Shown here: positions 40,576 to 55,195 of the stretch, piece by piece
How positions within the stretch are numbered: the first letter of the stretch is position 1
Layout: each line of letters begins with the position of its first letter
Source of the DNA: Schmidtea polychroa
Taxonomy: Eukaryota
Direction of reading: 5' to 3'
DNA length: 64,000 nt
Assembly: GCA_044892525.1 (NCBI GenBank)
Contig: CM097885.1
Coordinates: 43,774,001 to 43,838,000, forward strand
Notes under the pieces: model-generated
Seen by the model: the letters and a program-made list of their open reading frames with translations, nothing else
What the model was told of the DNA's origin: nothing
Database searches by the model: none
Program-made: the position numbers and the translations under genes

Positions 40576-41486
40576 CACCAAACACCACTGAGATACGTTC
40601 TCTATAGTGGTGGTTGGCGTGTAAAATCACTCACCAATTTATTTATCATCATCATCAGCAAATCAAGCAACAATCATATACTGAATTATGTTTTTTTAAT
40701 CAATGTTTTTAAAATCAATTATGTTTTTTGGAAATTTATTTTAGCAATTTTACAAATGGCTTACAAGTAATTTTTTTTATTTAAAGTAAATTTTAAGACT
40801 TGAATTCTGATCCATATGGATATGAGATCATTATTCAAGTTCTTAAATATTACTTTTAATGAACAGTATAATTATAAATTATTTTTAATTAATTTTCAGG
40901 CTTTTTTAGGAATTTTATGTCTTTTATTAAAATATTTTGGAATTATTTCGAAAAAATGTGAGTCCGACATATTTTTAATTATAATTAATTAATTAAATAA
41001 ATCAATCAATGTATTTTTTTAAAACATTTTGGGAAAAATCGCTGATTAGAATAATTTTTTTAATTTTTGTAATTTTTTTTCTGAGCTCAATATGAGGGGA
41101 TTCTTAAAGGAAATCAAATCTGGAGTAAAAAGATTTTGAACCAAATTCATCTGCTCTTGATATTTTCATTAGAAATATAATTTAAAAAATTTTCAACGAT
41201 CTTTTTTTTCTAAAAATTGTCTAAAATAGAATTAATATAGAAACGTATCTCATCGTTACAATTTTAGGAATCAAAAGTTTGTATATATTTTTTATTATGT
41301 GTTGTGCTTGTGTGCATTTTTTAATTTTCTTTCCACTTTTCAGATTTCTATAATATAAGATGTATCTCATTGAGCTATAAATGAGAAGATCAACGTGAAA
41401 TCAAAGTAAGTATGTATGTTTCTATAATGTAAGATTATTGATTTTTTTGTTATATTATAGGAAATGCATCTCAGTGGTGTTTGGTG
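40576..41486. mobile_element. TA-flanked MITE, subfamily B, copy 2
   Basis: Same TIRs and body as 16293-17207; TA flanks. Confidence 0.93.
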
Positions 41487-41829
41487 TAGTTGCGTTGTAT
41501 TAAAGATTATCTTGATTTTGCAAATCACTAATTAGCATTTCCTTGAGTTTGCGCTGTCTTAGAGTTCCTTCTATTGGTGGTCAATGATTTTCAGGCTTCA
41601 ACTAGTTCATAATGATAAGATTTTCTTTAAAAATATAAAATAAATCTTTTTAGAAGTTTAATGATAATTAAATTTTAGAAATAAAATTTATACTATTTCT
41701 TATTTTCATTTTATTATAATTGCATTTATTAAAAATTTGTCATTGGTCGTCATATCTAACCAATCAGGTTATTGCATATTAATTGTTCATATTGATACGA
41801 TTATGTAAGTGATTGAGTAATTATATGTA

Positions 41830-42050
41830 ATGGGTCACGTCCAAAGTTCAAATAAACTATCCAATAATGCAGATATTAGCAATAATAACCCTGATAATAG
41901 CAAAAGTTCTTCAAAAATAAAATCATACATTGACACGTTTGATGAAGTCAATTTGAACGATCTTTCGTCAACTCAAAAGTGCCTAATATCAGAGTCTTGG
42001 ACTATAATTAGAAAAGATATCGAAAGAATGGGATCAATTATGTTCTTGGA
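41830..42050 (+). CDS. Globin (globin X-like, N-terminal extension), exon 1 of 3
   Basis: MGHVQSS... then helices A-B LSSTQKCLISESWTIIRKDIERMGSIMFL; phase-2 donor GA|GTAATT at the B12.2 position. Confidence 0.9.
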
Positions 42051-43539
42051 GTAATTTTATTGTTTCGTATAAAAATATTAATTATAAAAAATTATATTTC
42101 AATATTTACAATATCAAAAAGGAATTATTAAAACACATAAAATTGTGCATGCAATTCATTTTTAATGTTCGTTTTTCAAATAGGAAAATTGCTAAAGATT
42201 TAATGAAAATTTCGACTTATTCTTAAATAAATTTCAATATAATTTCCAAATTTATTTTTAAATTTTATTTTATTTAATAAAAATATTTAAATTAGTTTAA
42301 AAGTCTTTCATTTTATTAATAAGCTAATTCATAACAATTTCGTTTATCTTCATTTCTTTCAAAGTATTAACCAAACTTTTCTCTCAAATAATAAATACCT
42401 CAAATAATTAAATACTTATTTGACCTGGTTAATATGAATCAACATTGTTTTTATTTTATTTATAAAATCTTGGCCATCAGTTTTTAACCGTTTTAGCTAT
42501 TGTCACCCTAAAGTTTTCAAAGAATATTCTCTTATCCTTTACCCAAAATTATGAAATTATATAAATTGAAAACACAAACATGCATTATATAGACATATTG
42601 TATATTTTTTTCGTTATTTATAGAAAACCTAATTCTTATCTGATAAAAAAATTTATGGTTAATGTAAAGTGACCAGATATTTTTTATTGGAATAAGGGAC
42701 ATGTTCAAATCAAAATCGCATAATCCGGGACGTTTGGTCACTATACTAAGCCTCTGCGCGAATACACGCTAATAATGTGTGCATTATGGAATACTACGAC
42801 AAAAACACTTTTATTTCTTCGTTAGAACAGTGTGTAAATTGTATATTTACATTTTGGAATTGAAATTAATTTTTCAATTTTGATTCATTAAGTTTAGATA
42901 TACAATAATTTTGTCTAGCTTGATCTAAAGTTTGTCAATTAAAACCATGACTAAAAGTCATGCAAGTTGAGAATAATTGGTTAATTTGGTTTAAAATTAA
43001 TTTTTGATGATTATATGAAATCAATTAAATAAACTTTATTGGCCTTGCCGTGCTCACTGATCTTCGCAAAACTGAATTTACTCCACTAAATATATGATAT
43101 GAACCTTCACGACCAAATTAAATACGTTGCGCGATTCTTAAATCTTATTCTGTATAATTTACGCTATCTGTTGTGTTCCTTAGTTGCCTGACTTACCTGT
43201 TGCGAGCGTGATGTTGTAGCACGTCGACATATCGATACAGGACTTATTGAGGGCATTAGAGTGTTCTACTCTTCACAAAGCCTTCGTCTACGGGGTTTAC
43301 AGGGTTAACTGCATATAACAGATAAACTGCTCCAATATCCAATGGTCCGATTATGTCATTTGATTTAACTGTCTTACAGGTTAGGATGTAATGGCTGTAC
43401 GCCAAAAAATGATCGTAGTGCCTCCACTTTATAGATATTTGCAAATTTATGATGGATATATAATATTATAATGTACTAAAAGATATATAGAAAACAAACC
43501 ACTTGTTTAAATAATAAGAATAGAAAAATAAGCACTTAG

Positions 43540-43919
43540 AGTCCATCATCGCCATACATTTCAAGAACCTCCTACCCAAGTCCCTCACACACGCCCATAG
43601 CACAGAATCCGTTCATTTCATCACCTCCGTTGCTTGTACCCACACAAAGACTTTTCAATCACCCTCATCACCGATACCTAAGACATAGCAATAGGTTCCG
43701 TTCTTCACAATATCAAAGATGGCATTCACCGTCCGATCAAATTCTTTTCCTGTAAATCTCTCTCAAAATGAAATAAAGTACAGCGTCTTTGATAGAAAGC
43801 TTCTAGCCATAGTGCTTTCCGTTAAACATTTCAGACACTTCGTCGAAGGAAGACACTTTACCATTTATTTCGGCTACAAACCAATTTTACACTGTCTTAA
43901 CATGAATTCCGACAATTAG
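43540..43919 (+). pseudogene. Gypsy RNase H fragment in globin intron 1
   Basis: LITDT*DIAIGSVL..RPIKFFS / LSQNEIKYSVFDRKLLAIVLSVKHFRHFVEGRHFTIY. Confidence 0.85.
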
Positions 43920-43939
43920 CTTTCTTATCATTTTTTGAC

Positions 43940-44708
43940 TTTGAAAAAGGAATTCCAAAATTGGAAAACAAAAACAAAACATGAAAAAAATCAGCATCTC
44001 TGAACTTTCAGAGGTAACGTGGGAACTAGGGAAAAGTATGGAAAATGCCAGAAGCAGAGATGGAAAAAAATGACAAATTATTCCGAGTGCCGAACTGTCA
44101 GGAGTAACATGGGAGTTGAAAAAAAGAAAATGTAAAATGCCAGAGACAGGAATGGGAAAAACGAATTATTACGAGTGCCGGACGATGGCGAACTATAAAA
44201 GCAAACGTCATCTTAATTAAATCAGAAGTGGAGTAGTGTTAAAATAGAAAAGTTGCACGATATTTGAAAATTAAAGTGGAGAATTCGAATTGAAAGTTGT
44301 TGAAGGCAATAAAAGATTTAAATTGAAAAAGCGGCGTGGTATTGTGGAGAACTGATATCTAGATTATTTAATTGAACGGTGGACGAAATTTGAATTGAAA
44401 TAAAAGTATCAGAGCATATCTAATAAGGTCAGGTCAAAGCACAAGGACAATCGAAATCGATTTACCCAATTGTTGAGTCAAATTCCTCAACGGAAGCTAT
44501 TCCTCACGTAGTGTAATAAGCTCCATATAATTGCATACTTCAGTGTTGAATCGATCGTGTTGTTATAATTCGTGTAATCAACTGTGATATTCAATAAAGC
44601 TTTATATTGTCTGAGAATTGTTATTTTGTGGATAAAATAAAGCATGCTTTGGAGTCAGAGATTTGATTTTCAACTTTTACATTTCACCAACAACCCAATA
44701 ACCCGACA
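43940..44708 (+). mobile_element. LTR-like remnant
   Basis: About 90-bp diverged tandem duplication (44010-44185), AATAAA near 44593, end ...CCCGACA. No TSD established. Confidence 0.35.
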
Positions 44709-45001
44709 CAATTTTTCAAATGATTTTGCACAGTTCATCAACGAGTTTATTAGATTCACTTGCGTATTTTAGTTTTGCTGAATTTAGTGTTTTTATTACT
44801 TCTTTTTGTTTGTCATATTCGATCAATATTTTCCTACAATATTATTATTTTAATTTTTGGTCACATGCATTTCTTATTTAAAAAACAAAGCTGAGGAATA
44901 TTAAAATAATAGAAATTATTGTATTGAAATTATTTATTGTACATAATAAAAAATAACAAATTTCAATTGAAATAATAAATTCATGGATTAAGTAATTTTT
45001 A

Positions 45002-45006
<5 letters not shown>

Positions 45007-45098
<92 letters not shown>

Positions 45099-45099
45099 G

Positions 45100-45170
<71 letters not shown>
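45007..45170. repeat. (ATT)n microsatellite
   Basis: Seen directly. Confidence 0.96.
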
Positions 45171-45253
45171 GGAATGTCTGGGTGCAATTTGACTAATATA
45201 GGTAAATAGAGTAATGAGGTTAATAAAATTGATAGTGTGTGTAAGATTAATTA

Positions 45254-46236
45254 CACCTGTTTGCACTGAATAAACGCATCTATAATATGGGTTGGTATTT
45301 ACAACCAATTATAGATGCGTCATTCTTTATGGTGAAATATTTTGGAATGCATGTGGTTAATTCAACTACATGCATTTAACTACTTATTTAGCTATTTTAT
45401 TTAGCCATTTTAGAAATGGCTTTCAAGTAATTTATTTTTATTTAAAGTAAACTTTAAGGCTTGAATATTGATCCATATAGATATGAGATCATTATTCAAG
45501 CTCTTAAATATCAACATTTTTTATTATAAATTATTTTTGATTAATTTTTCATGAGTTTTAGATGTTATTTATTATCTGGAATTATTTCAATATAATGTGA
45601 GTTTTATTATTATTTTATTAATTAAGTAATTAAGTACAATTTATTAAATACAATTTATTAATACAATTTATTAAATTTTTTATATTTATAAATTATATTT
45701 CTGATTGATTCTTTGCGAATTCCTAATAATCGCCCGAAATTTTAAAAATCTATAGAAATATTAAGTTTTAAATTTAGATTAATCTTATTTACGATTTTCT
45801 AGTTTTATCCCAACATCGGACGGCAAAGTTGAGATTTCAGGACAATGTGAAATACTAAAAAACTATTAAATTTATTAAAAATTTAAGATAAATCTTACGA
45901 AATAATGTCTTCATTATCTATAGAACTCAAAGTTGAGTTTTCGGAATTTTCGTTAAAAATATTTTCATTCATTCTTTTCTAAAAGTTCTAAAAATGTCTG
46001 TAAATGATTTATTATAGTGCGTTTATTCATTGCAACAATTCTACATATCGAAAATTTGCATCATTTTTTTACTATATCTTGTGTTTTTGTGTGTCAGTTT
46101 ATTTTTTCTACCACTTTCTATATTAAATGCGTTTATTCATTGCAACACTAAAAATCAACACACACGTAAATTTGTATGTTTATATATTAATTTTTTATTT
46201 TATATTATAGGTGCGTTTATTAAGTGCAAACGGGTG
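45254..46236. mobile_element. TA-flanked MITE, subfamily C
   Basis: TIR CACC(T/C)GTTTGCACT(G/T)AATAAACGCA(T/C)CTATAATAT, TA flanks, body shares GAGATCATTATTCAAG and 3' blocks with subfamilies A and B. Confidence 0.9.
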
Positions 46237-46555
46237 TAGCTAAATTCGTGTTGGTATTGTAGTATTTGGAAATTGTATCTGGTAATTTAAATTATAAAAT
46301 CGTCTCTCATTCGTATAAAGTACGCAACATGGATATTAATTAGCCTGAAAAAACTTATTAATAAATTTAAAAATTAATAAATATTTAAATGTATTTGATA
46401 AATTTTTAAAATAATCAAATTTCGTATTTCATTCAATATCTATAGTTTTTCTATCACATTTAATGATGACAGGAAGACTGTCGAAATAATTCGTGAAATA
46501 CATGTTTGAGTAGCGCTTTCTAATGATTAAATCGTTGTTATATTTATTCACTTAG

Positions 46556-46556
<1 letters not shown>

Positions 46557-46654
<98 letters not shown>
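46557..46654. repeat. (ATT)n microsatellite just upstream of globin exon 2
   Basis: Seen directly. Confidence 0.96.
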
Positions 46655-46687
46655 GAATATGAATTTTTAATATAATTAAAAAATTAG

Positions 46688-46913
46688 ACTATTTGCTCAC
46701 AATGTTGATTTTCAAGACGCATTTTCCATTTTCAAAGGCCGCCATATGGAAGACATCAAATCAGACAGCAGATTAGCGAGTCATGGAATTCGAGTAATGA
46801 GTATTGTTGACAAAGTTGTCAGCAGAATCAACGAATCTGAAAAGGCAGCTAGAGTTTTGTTTGAACTCGGTCAAAGACATTGTACTTATGATGTAGATGG
46901 GAAATTTATACCG
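46688..46913 (+). CDS. Globin exon 2 of 3 (helices C to G start)
   Basis: Phase-2 acceptor TTAG|A. Reads LFAHNVDFQDAFSIF (CD1 Phe), ASHGIRVM (distal His E7), LGQRH (proximal His F8); phase-0 donor CCG|GTAATG at G7.0. Confidence 0.93.
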
Positions 46914-46936
46914 GTAATGATGGATTGATTAATAAT

Positions 46937-47042
<106 letters not shown>

Positions 47043-48859
47043 CATTATTTTATGTTAATTGCACTTACACACACACACACTCAAATAATAGGAAAGGTTA
47101 ATTAAATTCTTCTGTGACTCTAAGATCTCGTGACTCTAAGTTCTTTATTTTTACAAACTTATTTAAGATGTTGTCCAACATATATTGATGAAATAAATCG
47201 ACTCTTGAAGCTTTTCTCAATGAACTCACGAAGAGCTAATGATGTAAATAACTTATTAGACAAAATGCTTAGTTCTGTAAATTATTTTTCAAATCCTATT
47301 TAGAAACCTCCTTTATTCACTCAGTTTCTGCAAATTCAAACAATTTCATTGTCAAATTCTAAATCAATAAAAAATTAAACAAATAATAATACCCATATAA
47401 AACAATATAATAAAACAATATAAGTTCCCCCAATTAATTAATGATATTAGTTATATAATTTATTTTGCCGATTTCTTTTAAACTGTCGTTGGTATCCGTT
47501 AACAAATTCCATTACTTCTATTTTAATTCAATATATTATTAATTTTACAATTTCCAAGTTTTTATCTCTATTCTAGAATCTATAGTAAATTGGTAAATAA
47601 CCTACTATAGAGCAGCGCCAATGATAAATGCTAATCGGACATTAAATAACATCTAGTCTATTGCGCTTTGCGTTAATTTTAATATTAACGGTAATTTTTA
47701 TGTTAAATTCTTTGTAATTAAATTATTTATTTTCTTTTTTATAAATAATTTTAGATTTTATGATAGACGTAGGAATCTAATATTGAAACTCATTCTTCTG
47801 AATTCATGATCTGAGAAAGCTATAATCCTTTCTTCACTTTTAATTTTACTAAGTATAATCTAGTTGGAGTTTAAAAATGGGTCAACATCAGAGATATCCT
47901 CAGATGTATTCATATTTAATACTTTTAAAATTAAAAATTTAGAGTCTAATAAATGTTCTGGAGTTTTATTAATGTCTATTTGCGTGTAATGTTTATTATG
48001 TAGATTTTGTGAACCGTATTTATTTTTCTTCCAACAGTGAATTTTTCTATTCGTCTATAATGTAAGTCATTATTAAATGTCATGGATAAATAAACTTGAC
48101 TATGACACACACACACGCGCGTGCACACACATTTATTATAGGTAGGTTTTATTTATATTGTTAATCTTTAAATCAAACTCCATTTAGCCATCTTTAGTTG
48201 CCCTCTGGTGTAGTAAAAATGTATGTTAACTTTCAAATTTTAAAATATTTAATCGATTATTTACATTTTAAAATTTTGAATGTTTATTGAAAAGATGGCG
48301 GAAAAGATTTTTAATGAAGATTCAGACAACTTTATTTTGAGCTGTCAAAAAATGAAATTTCCTCAAATTTATTGTTTATTTTTAAAAATATTTTACAGAA
48401 TTTCATTTATTTTTGAAATTTTGGTTAAAACCTTGTTTTTTGCAAAGGTGAAGATTTATTCTTAAAGTTAAAATTAATTTAAAATTTTTGCAGCATTTCA
48501 GATATTTCTGAAATATCTGAGCCAGGAGTTTCTACAGTTGCATCAAATGTTTCGAAAAAACTCTTAAATCGTACTAAATCATAATATAAATGTTGTATAA
48601 AAGCAATATTTAAGACCTTGAATAATTAGTCAAATAAAGTGTTGTTACACTATAAAACCCAATACGTTGATTGTCTCGAAGAATCCAACTGGTCAATGTT
48701 GATAGTTTATTTACTTAAATATTTTGGATGAGATTCATAAAATTCCGTGTTAATGTGAGAATAGTTTTTTGAAGATATTAGAGAAAATGGATATCTTACT
48801 ACAAGAATAATAATAGAAAAAATTCTAAAACTATAATAAATTTTCTTTATTAAATTTGT

Positions 48860-48975
48860 CATTCTATTTATTAAAAAGCTTGACTAAGACTGACTTGACT
48901 GATTCATAGTCAAGCTTTTTAATAAATACAATGTCTATGGAAAATAAATCAGTGGTGAAATTTGAAAAAAAGTTC
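48860..48975. repeat. Foldback family copy with deleted centre
   Basis: TATTTATTAAAAAGCTTGACT...AGTCAAGCTTTTTAATAAATA plus a tail that is the reverse complement of 34837-34880. Confidence 0.8.
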
Positions 48976-50759
48976 CTATTTTATTAAATTTGTGTTTGTA
49001 CTGATTTTGAAAAACTAGTGCAATTATTAAATATTTTGGATTATTGAGAAAAATTAAGAAATAACTGTATTTTGCTCAGGAATTTAAAAAATTTTAAAAA
49101 GAACAAAATTTATTTTTTATAATTCTTTTCCTTCCGTTTTTTTATCAACTAATTCTGCTCATTCATTCTAGTGAAAATAATTTAAACGGCAATGTTTTAA
49201 AATAACAAATTCCAAGGTCGATTTCCCATCTGGGACAATGTGGTCATGGACGTTTGGAAGTTTATTATTATTAAATTAATGTTAATGAACCATAATTTAA
49301 ATTAAAATAAATTTGTGATGTGAAATATGCTATAAAAATATGTTTAATGACATTGGATAAATTATGCATAATACGATAGAGAATAATGGATTTTCAAATA
49401 ATATTAAAATAAAATTGTCGATAAAAATTAATAGTTATTGTAAAATTCTCAATTTTCTATATCAAATCAAGTAAATGTAATGGATAAATAAAACAACCCA
49501 AATTTACTCATGTAATATAGTTAACTTTTTAATTACACCCTAAAATCAAAGTTGTCAGAGTAAACATGAATTTTATAGGTTATGAATAGCTTTTTGTTTT
49601 GAAAACATTTCTTATGTGGACAAATTTGATATAAACTACTTGTCAACTCAATAGTTACACATTTTTGTGGTATACTATATTATTTAACAAACATCTACAA
49701 GAATTTAAACCAACAAAACAAGATCCTATAAATAAAATATGATATTTAAATATTGACAGGCGGTGTTTGAACATAGAAAATGACTTTGACTAAAAAGGAT
49801 TTTTTTAACCACTCACATTTATTTTGAATTTTTGATTAAAAATTAATGGAATTTTTTTAAAACGAAAATTCATGTAAATGTATCTGTGAGAGTAGTTTTA
49901 AGGGTGTTTGATCAACTCTTTTTTAAAAATGTTACCATATGAAATTGTTCTATGTTTTCTATCCCATTTGACTCCATCTAAAATTACACTAGTAAGATAA
50001 TGAACCAAACACTATCTAGTTGAAAAATTATATTTTTCCTTTTTTTGGAATCGAATAATGCACAAAATTGGTTACCAACTTCTTCAAATAATTTTTAACA
50101 TTTTCTACAAGCATTGTTAATACAATATTGTTACAATAAATTCAGTGGCTAGCGATTAAGAGAATAATATTCAAATGCAGTGACCGGAAATACTCATTCA
50201 TACATATATTTGTGACCTTCGGTGACATTTAGCAATTGTTTATTTTTTGACAGTTACTCTGATGTACCATACAATCCAATTCACAATAAAAAATTAATTT
50301 GTCCAATAAATATCAAAGTTTTTATACATTGTCCTTTATTTGACAAGTAAAATTGACCTACATTATATTCATTTAAAATGTGTAACCTTTTTCTATCATA
50401 GTACTAGTATAAATTTTTTTTGAAAATTTTTTTTCATCACTGGCTAGTAAAATAGAGGATTATTCTACAAAGTTCAGTAATGTATACGATTGATGAAAAG
50501 CAAATTTTCAAACAATATGAAACTAAATGAAACGCTATAGACGAAATATGTAGGTTCATTGCTCATCACTAGTTTCATAAAGAAAAATATAAAATTATTT
50601 TTTGCTGACCGTCGGTTGAGAAACACTGTTGATGAAATTTAATTTCGGTTTATTTTTTCCTTATAATTTTTGAATATGTAATTTTTGTTTTTGTTTGCTT
50701 ATTTTTTGGTAAGTTACAATATTTCCGAGTCTTTTCAAAATTACGCCATAGTCATGGTT

Positions 50760-51250
50760 TCTTAAGTGGCTTATTTCAGCGTTACACGTGAGCATTTCTT
50801 TACAAATTGAATAACTGAAGATGAAACGCCTCTCAGTATATATTTGCCTAATATCAAATGAGTCAGGAAAGTGGAAATTCTTTGGGCAAGAAACGTTCAT
50901 TGAAGATGAAAACATAATTAAAACATGGAATTCCCTTTGATATCACAGACAAAGTGTCACAATCAATTCTGTCTATTATACTTAGCTTGTGCAAACTGCC
51001 TGACACAAAACGAGAAAAAAGGGACACAACATTTTGGTTCCTGCAAGACAATGCTCTAGTAAACACAGCCAGTTTTGAAGTTGCTGCTCTGACGCTTGTA
51101 GATCCTACTTCATACACCCAAGTAATGTTTGGCTTTTAGAACATCCCAAGAAGCATTTACGAGGGACAGAATTTGCCAAGTGCTCCTCCAATTTTTTTAA
51201 AAATGCCTCTTGACCTTGTTTTACGTTGGCAGTTATAGCGGTTTTGCTGA
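50760..51250 (+). pseudogene. Mariner-like transposase relic
   Basis: TINSVYY and FWFLQDNALVNTA resemble the mariner TINxxYY and LHDNAPxH blocks. Heavily decayed; boundaries are approximate. Confidence 0.5.
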
Positions 51251-52304
51251 TAAAAGTGCCTATATTGATGTATCATAAAACTTTGTTTTCTGTCTCAATT
51301 TTGGAACTTACTGAATAAAGCACGTAATTTAAACACAAGTTAACTTAATTAATTAAAACATCTAATTAATTTATGTTGCTTAACTGGGGAAAAATTTTAA
51401 TTTAAAACATCTGGTTTCTATTAATCATCATTTATTGTTTATTAACCGATAAGCATTATTTGATTGGACGAAAATATAATTTAAATAAAAATATAATTAC
51501 AGTTTAACTGTCTATACTTCTATTTTCAAATAAAATTTTAAAAAAATTAAATAAAAATTAAGTATTTCAATGTTGTAAATATTAATATAATTTTTAAAAA
51601 ATAACTAAATTTAATAAAATTTCTTATTTACTGAATCCTGATTAGATAAATAATGAAGCCAAAGTCAATTAATTAGATTAGATTTTCAGTTAATTAATAT
51701 CTTCCAAGACAAATAATTATTTTAAGTAGAAATTATTAGTTTGGAAAGTTTTAAACTAAAAATATTTAGATATTTTTTATATACAATTTTATTTGAAGTA
51801 AAATTTGGACAAATTGGATTAAAGCCTAAAAACAATATTGAAAATTTAATACTAATAGTATGATGTTTTTTGTACATAGTAAAAGTAATGTATTTCAGGA
51901 ATAAAACAAATAAATCCAATCCAAATTAAATTATTCTCATAATAATATCAAAATGTAACAAATATCATATATTTTATACGGTGTATCAACTAATTTTTAC
52001 ATAATATTACTTTGCCGAGAAGTCTTTTTAAAAATATAATAAGTAAATAAAAATATAAATTATTGACGCTTGACTAAAAATCATTACGCGATCAACGTTA
52101 TTGACAGCCCGCTCTTTATACAATAAATAAAATATATGATATTTACACTGTTCTAATTTGCTTGAATAATCCAGACCCTACAGTGACATGCCGAGGTTAA
52201 ATATGCGTATTATAACGTATAATTATATTGCGTTTATTAAAAAGTTTGAGTGTTAATTAGTAAATATATCGATATATTTACTGATTCATTGTCAAGCTTT
52301 TTAA

Positions 52305-52926
52305 CCCCTTTACTGCCAACTTCTTTTTCTGAAATCGACCCTTAATTGGCGACTTTATTTGTGGCTATAAAAAAATTAATCTTTTAACTATTTTTCAAAC
52401 ATCTTTATCAACTATAACGAACAACTAATAACGAATAACTAATTAATAACAAATAAAGCAGTTTTTAGTATTGTTGTAAAGTAATGAGTAGTGAATAACA
52501 AGGTACTGAATAAGATGAACAATTGTTTTGCAAGTTTTTGTGTCTTTTGCTCCAACCTTTTGTAAGAATTTTTTTGTATTGTCTTCAATTTTATTTATCT
52601 GACACACTAGAACAGCATAATAATAGTTGTTGTGATGATTTAGCCTATAGCGATGGGGTTTGAAACGTTTTCTGAGATTTCATGGGAAATGTTTTTTGTA
52701 TAATTTTTTATTTTGTTTAGCCATGCCATACATTTTTGCCCTCAGCAGGGCTAGAGTTGTAGTAGAGTGCATGGTTATTATGGTTTGATGTTTCTAATTA
52801 GCCGAGTATACTTGGGTCTACCGTGCTGCAGTACGCTTTCAAATATATAAAACGAGTTAACTCGGGTCTACCGGTTATCAGCCTGTTTCAGCTTGACGAG
52901 TATCCTCGGGTCTACCGGTAACGGGG
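52305..52926. mobile_element. piggyBac-type non-autonomous element inserted in a foldback copy
   Basis: TTAA|CCCCTTTACTG ... CGGTAACGGGG|TTAA, three CT(C/T)GGGTCTACCG subterminal repeats. The flanks rejoin into the foldback consensus. Confidence 0.85.
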
Positions 52927-54073
52927 TTAATAAATACTATGTCAATGGAAAAGAAATTTAACGAAATTTAATTAATATAGATGTTGATTATTCTTCTCTG
53001 TCATACTGAAATGATTTATTCAAATTACTTAAAATGTTTTATGATGTTTATTCGGATCTTTTGAAACTACCTTCCAATTTGGTCTTTGAAGTAAAATATT
53101 TAGCAGATTTTATTTTTCCCAATTGAATATCGTTTTTCTTTTGTTTTCGTTGATATTGCTATGAATGCAACTAATTAATTCATTTTTATATCATTATCTA
53201 TCACTAATTCTACAGCACTTTGTTTTACTAATTCGATTAATAAATTCTTCTTTTAAATAAACTTTAAGGTTGTTTATTATGTTCTGGAATATTCTGATAA
53301 AATGAAGAGATTCTACACCATAAAAATGAACAATTTAATAATTATTTGAATAACGGTTTCTCGTTTCTAAACTGTCAATTTGACAATCTGAACTTAAATC
53401 GTGCCTCTTTATATTGCCTAACCGTTAAGCTTCTGAAGTCATTTTGAAGAGACATACTACGCGTCAATTTATTGACTCTCCGCAGTCTAACAGTTAAACA
53501 CAATTCAGATTATTTCTTTAGTTGGTGTCATAATGTACAGAAAAGTCTCAAAATATTATTAAATTTCTTTTGAATTTGGAACCTTGTCATAAATGTTATG
53601 AATTTGGAAATTGTGACGACAGTGTTGATCTTAATCTTTCACAAGTCTAGTAACGTAGTTATTATAATTCTCACGAAATCTTTAAAAAAAAATTTTGTTT
53701 TAACCAACGACTTGGAAATATTTTTCACATCTATGGCAACACTCCTCTTTCCCCGTATAATTTATTAAATAAGTTCAATGTCATAAATATCAAATTAATG
53801 GCAAATTTTAAAACTAAATTTAAAAGCTATTAAAAATTGACATTTCTGAGAAGCAGATGAAAAATCGGATATCCGATTTTTATTCTGAGGTAGAAGAAGT
53901 GGTCTTGATTTGTAGCTGGAGATAATAAAAAAAAATTCACTAAGTTTCAAAGAATTCTTATGGTAATGTATGCATCAAATTTGTTCAAAAGTCAATTATA
54001 AAAATAAAAAATATATATTTAAAAGAGAATATTTATTTATATTATATGCTGGACACAATTTTTGTTTTTATTA

Positions 54074-54380
54074 TCTCTATATATAAAAAAGCTAAGCGTC
54101 CCTTCCATCCGAATTTTACTTTTTTTTTATTATTATTATTTTTTATTTTTATTTTTTTTCTATTTTTTTATTTTTTTTTTATGATTAATTTATTCTTTTG
54201 TACTTATCGTTCTATATTACTTTGAAATGGTTTATGCTATTATCTTTTATCATAGTTATGTAAACATATTAATAAACTGAATCTTACTCCTACCAAGAAT
54301 ACGCTGGATATTTACTTTAACATTAACCCCACGTTCTAACGGGGTTGGTGAAGCGAAGCGAACAGGGACAGAACCCCTAG
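54074..54380 (+). mobile_element. Non-autonomous Helitron
   Basis: A|TCTCTATATATAAAAAAG 5' end, subterminal hairpin AACCCCACGTTCTAACGGGGTT, 3' end CTAG|T, no TSD. Confidence 0.8.
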
Positions 54381-55195
54381 TTTTATAAAAAAATATAAGT
54401 ATAAATAGAATTTATAAATATTTATAATTAAAATTAAATCAAAATTAAATAAATAAAATACATATTTGTTTATATAATCTTTTTTCTAACTTTCTTCTTT
54501 ATAAAAAATATAATTCAAACATGCCTAACGAAATCGCGTAAGTCGAATAAATTGTTGCTCAACTATCAGAGCCAAGTACAGAGGAAGATTTAATCAATAA
54601 AATTTGTTTTTATTACATATTAATAGCAAATATTTATTTGTTTATAGTATAGATTATAGTATAGATACTCTTTTAATTTTGCTCTTTTATACAAATGTGA
54701 AATAATAAAAATATTTAATGATGGGTATTTTATTAGGAAAAATTTTAAAAACAATTTTTACTAAACCTATCAAATTTATGTTGGATTTGTTTATGGAAAT
54801 AATACTAGAAATAGATTATTTGGGATCAGATTACTGATGAAGTCATACAATTCATATATTTCATATTTATAATATTATATCTCGCCGCAAATGACTTTGG
54901 GGAATTAACATTATATGTTTTTGCTCCCTTGTTTTTTTAGTATTTATTTCTACCATAAAATGACTAATTCGTCAAATATTTATATTTACTTTAATCAAAT
55001 AAATTGAATAATTATTAGAATTTATGAAAGATGTTAGAACACTATGTATATGTTACGCCGAATTAGTGAACTGGACTGGTTGGTGAAAATGGCAATTCGA
55101 TGCCTAATATGTAAAATTGACAACTGTCTAATTCTCCAAATTGGAAAGATAATTATTAAAATGTATTAATCCATCAAGTAGAATATTGCAATTAA

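Noticed and set aside
42665..42745. Tiny hAT-like MITE (AGTGACCA...TGGTCACT)
   Set aside because: TIR-like ends are present but there is no matching 8-bp TSD; too weak to call.
43090..43460. GC-richer segment as a possible ncRNA or ribozyme
   Set aside because: No consistent stem set or catalytic core recognised; more likely an LTR fragment.
54825..54905. CTGATGA followed by an AGTCAT/ATGACT stem as a hammerhead ribozyme
   Set aside because: No GAAA after the stem and no stems I or III.
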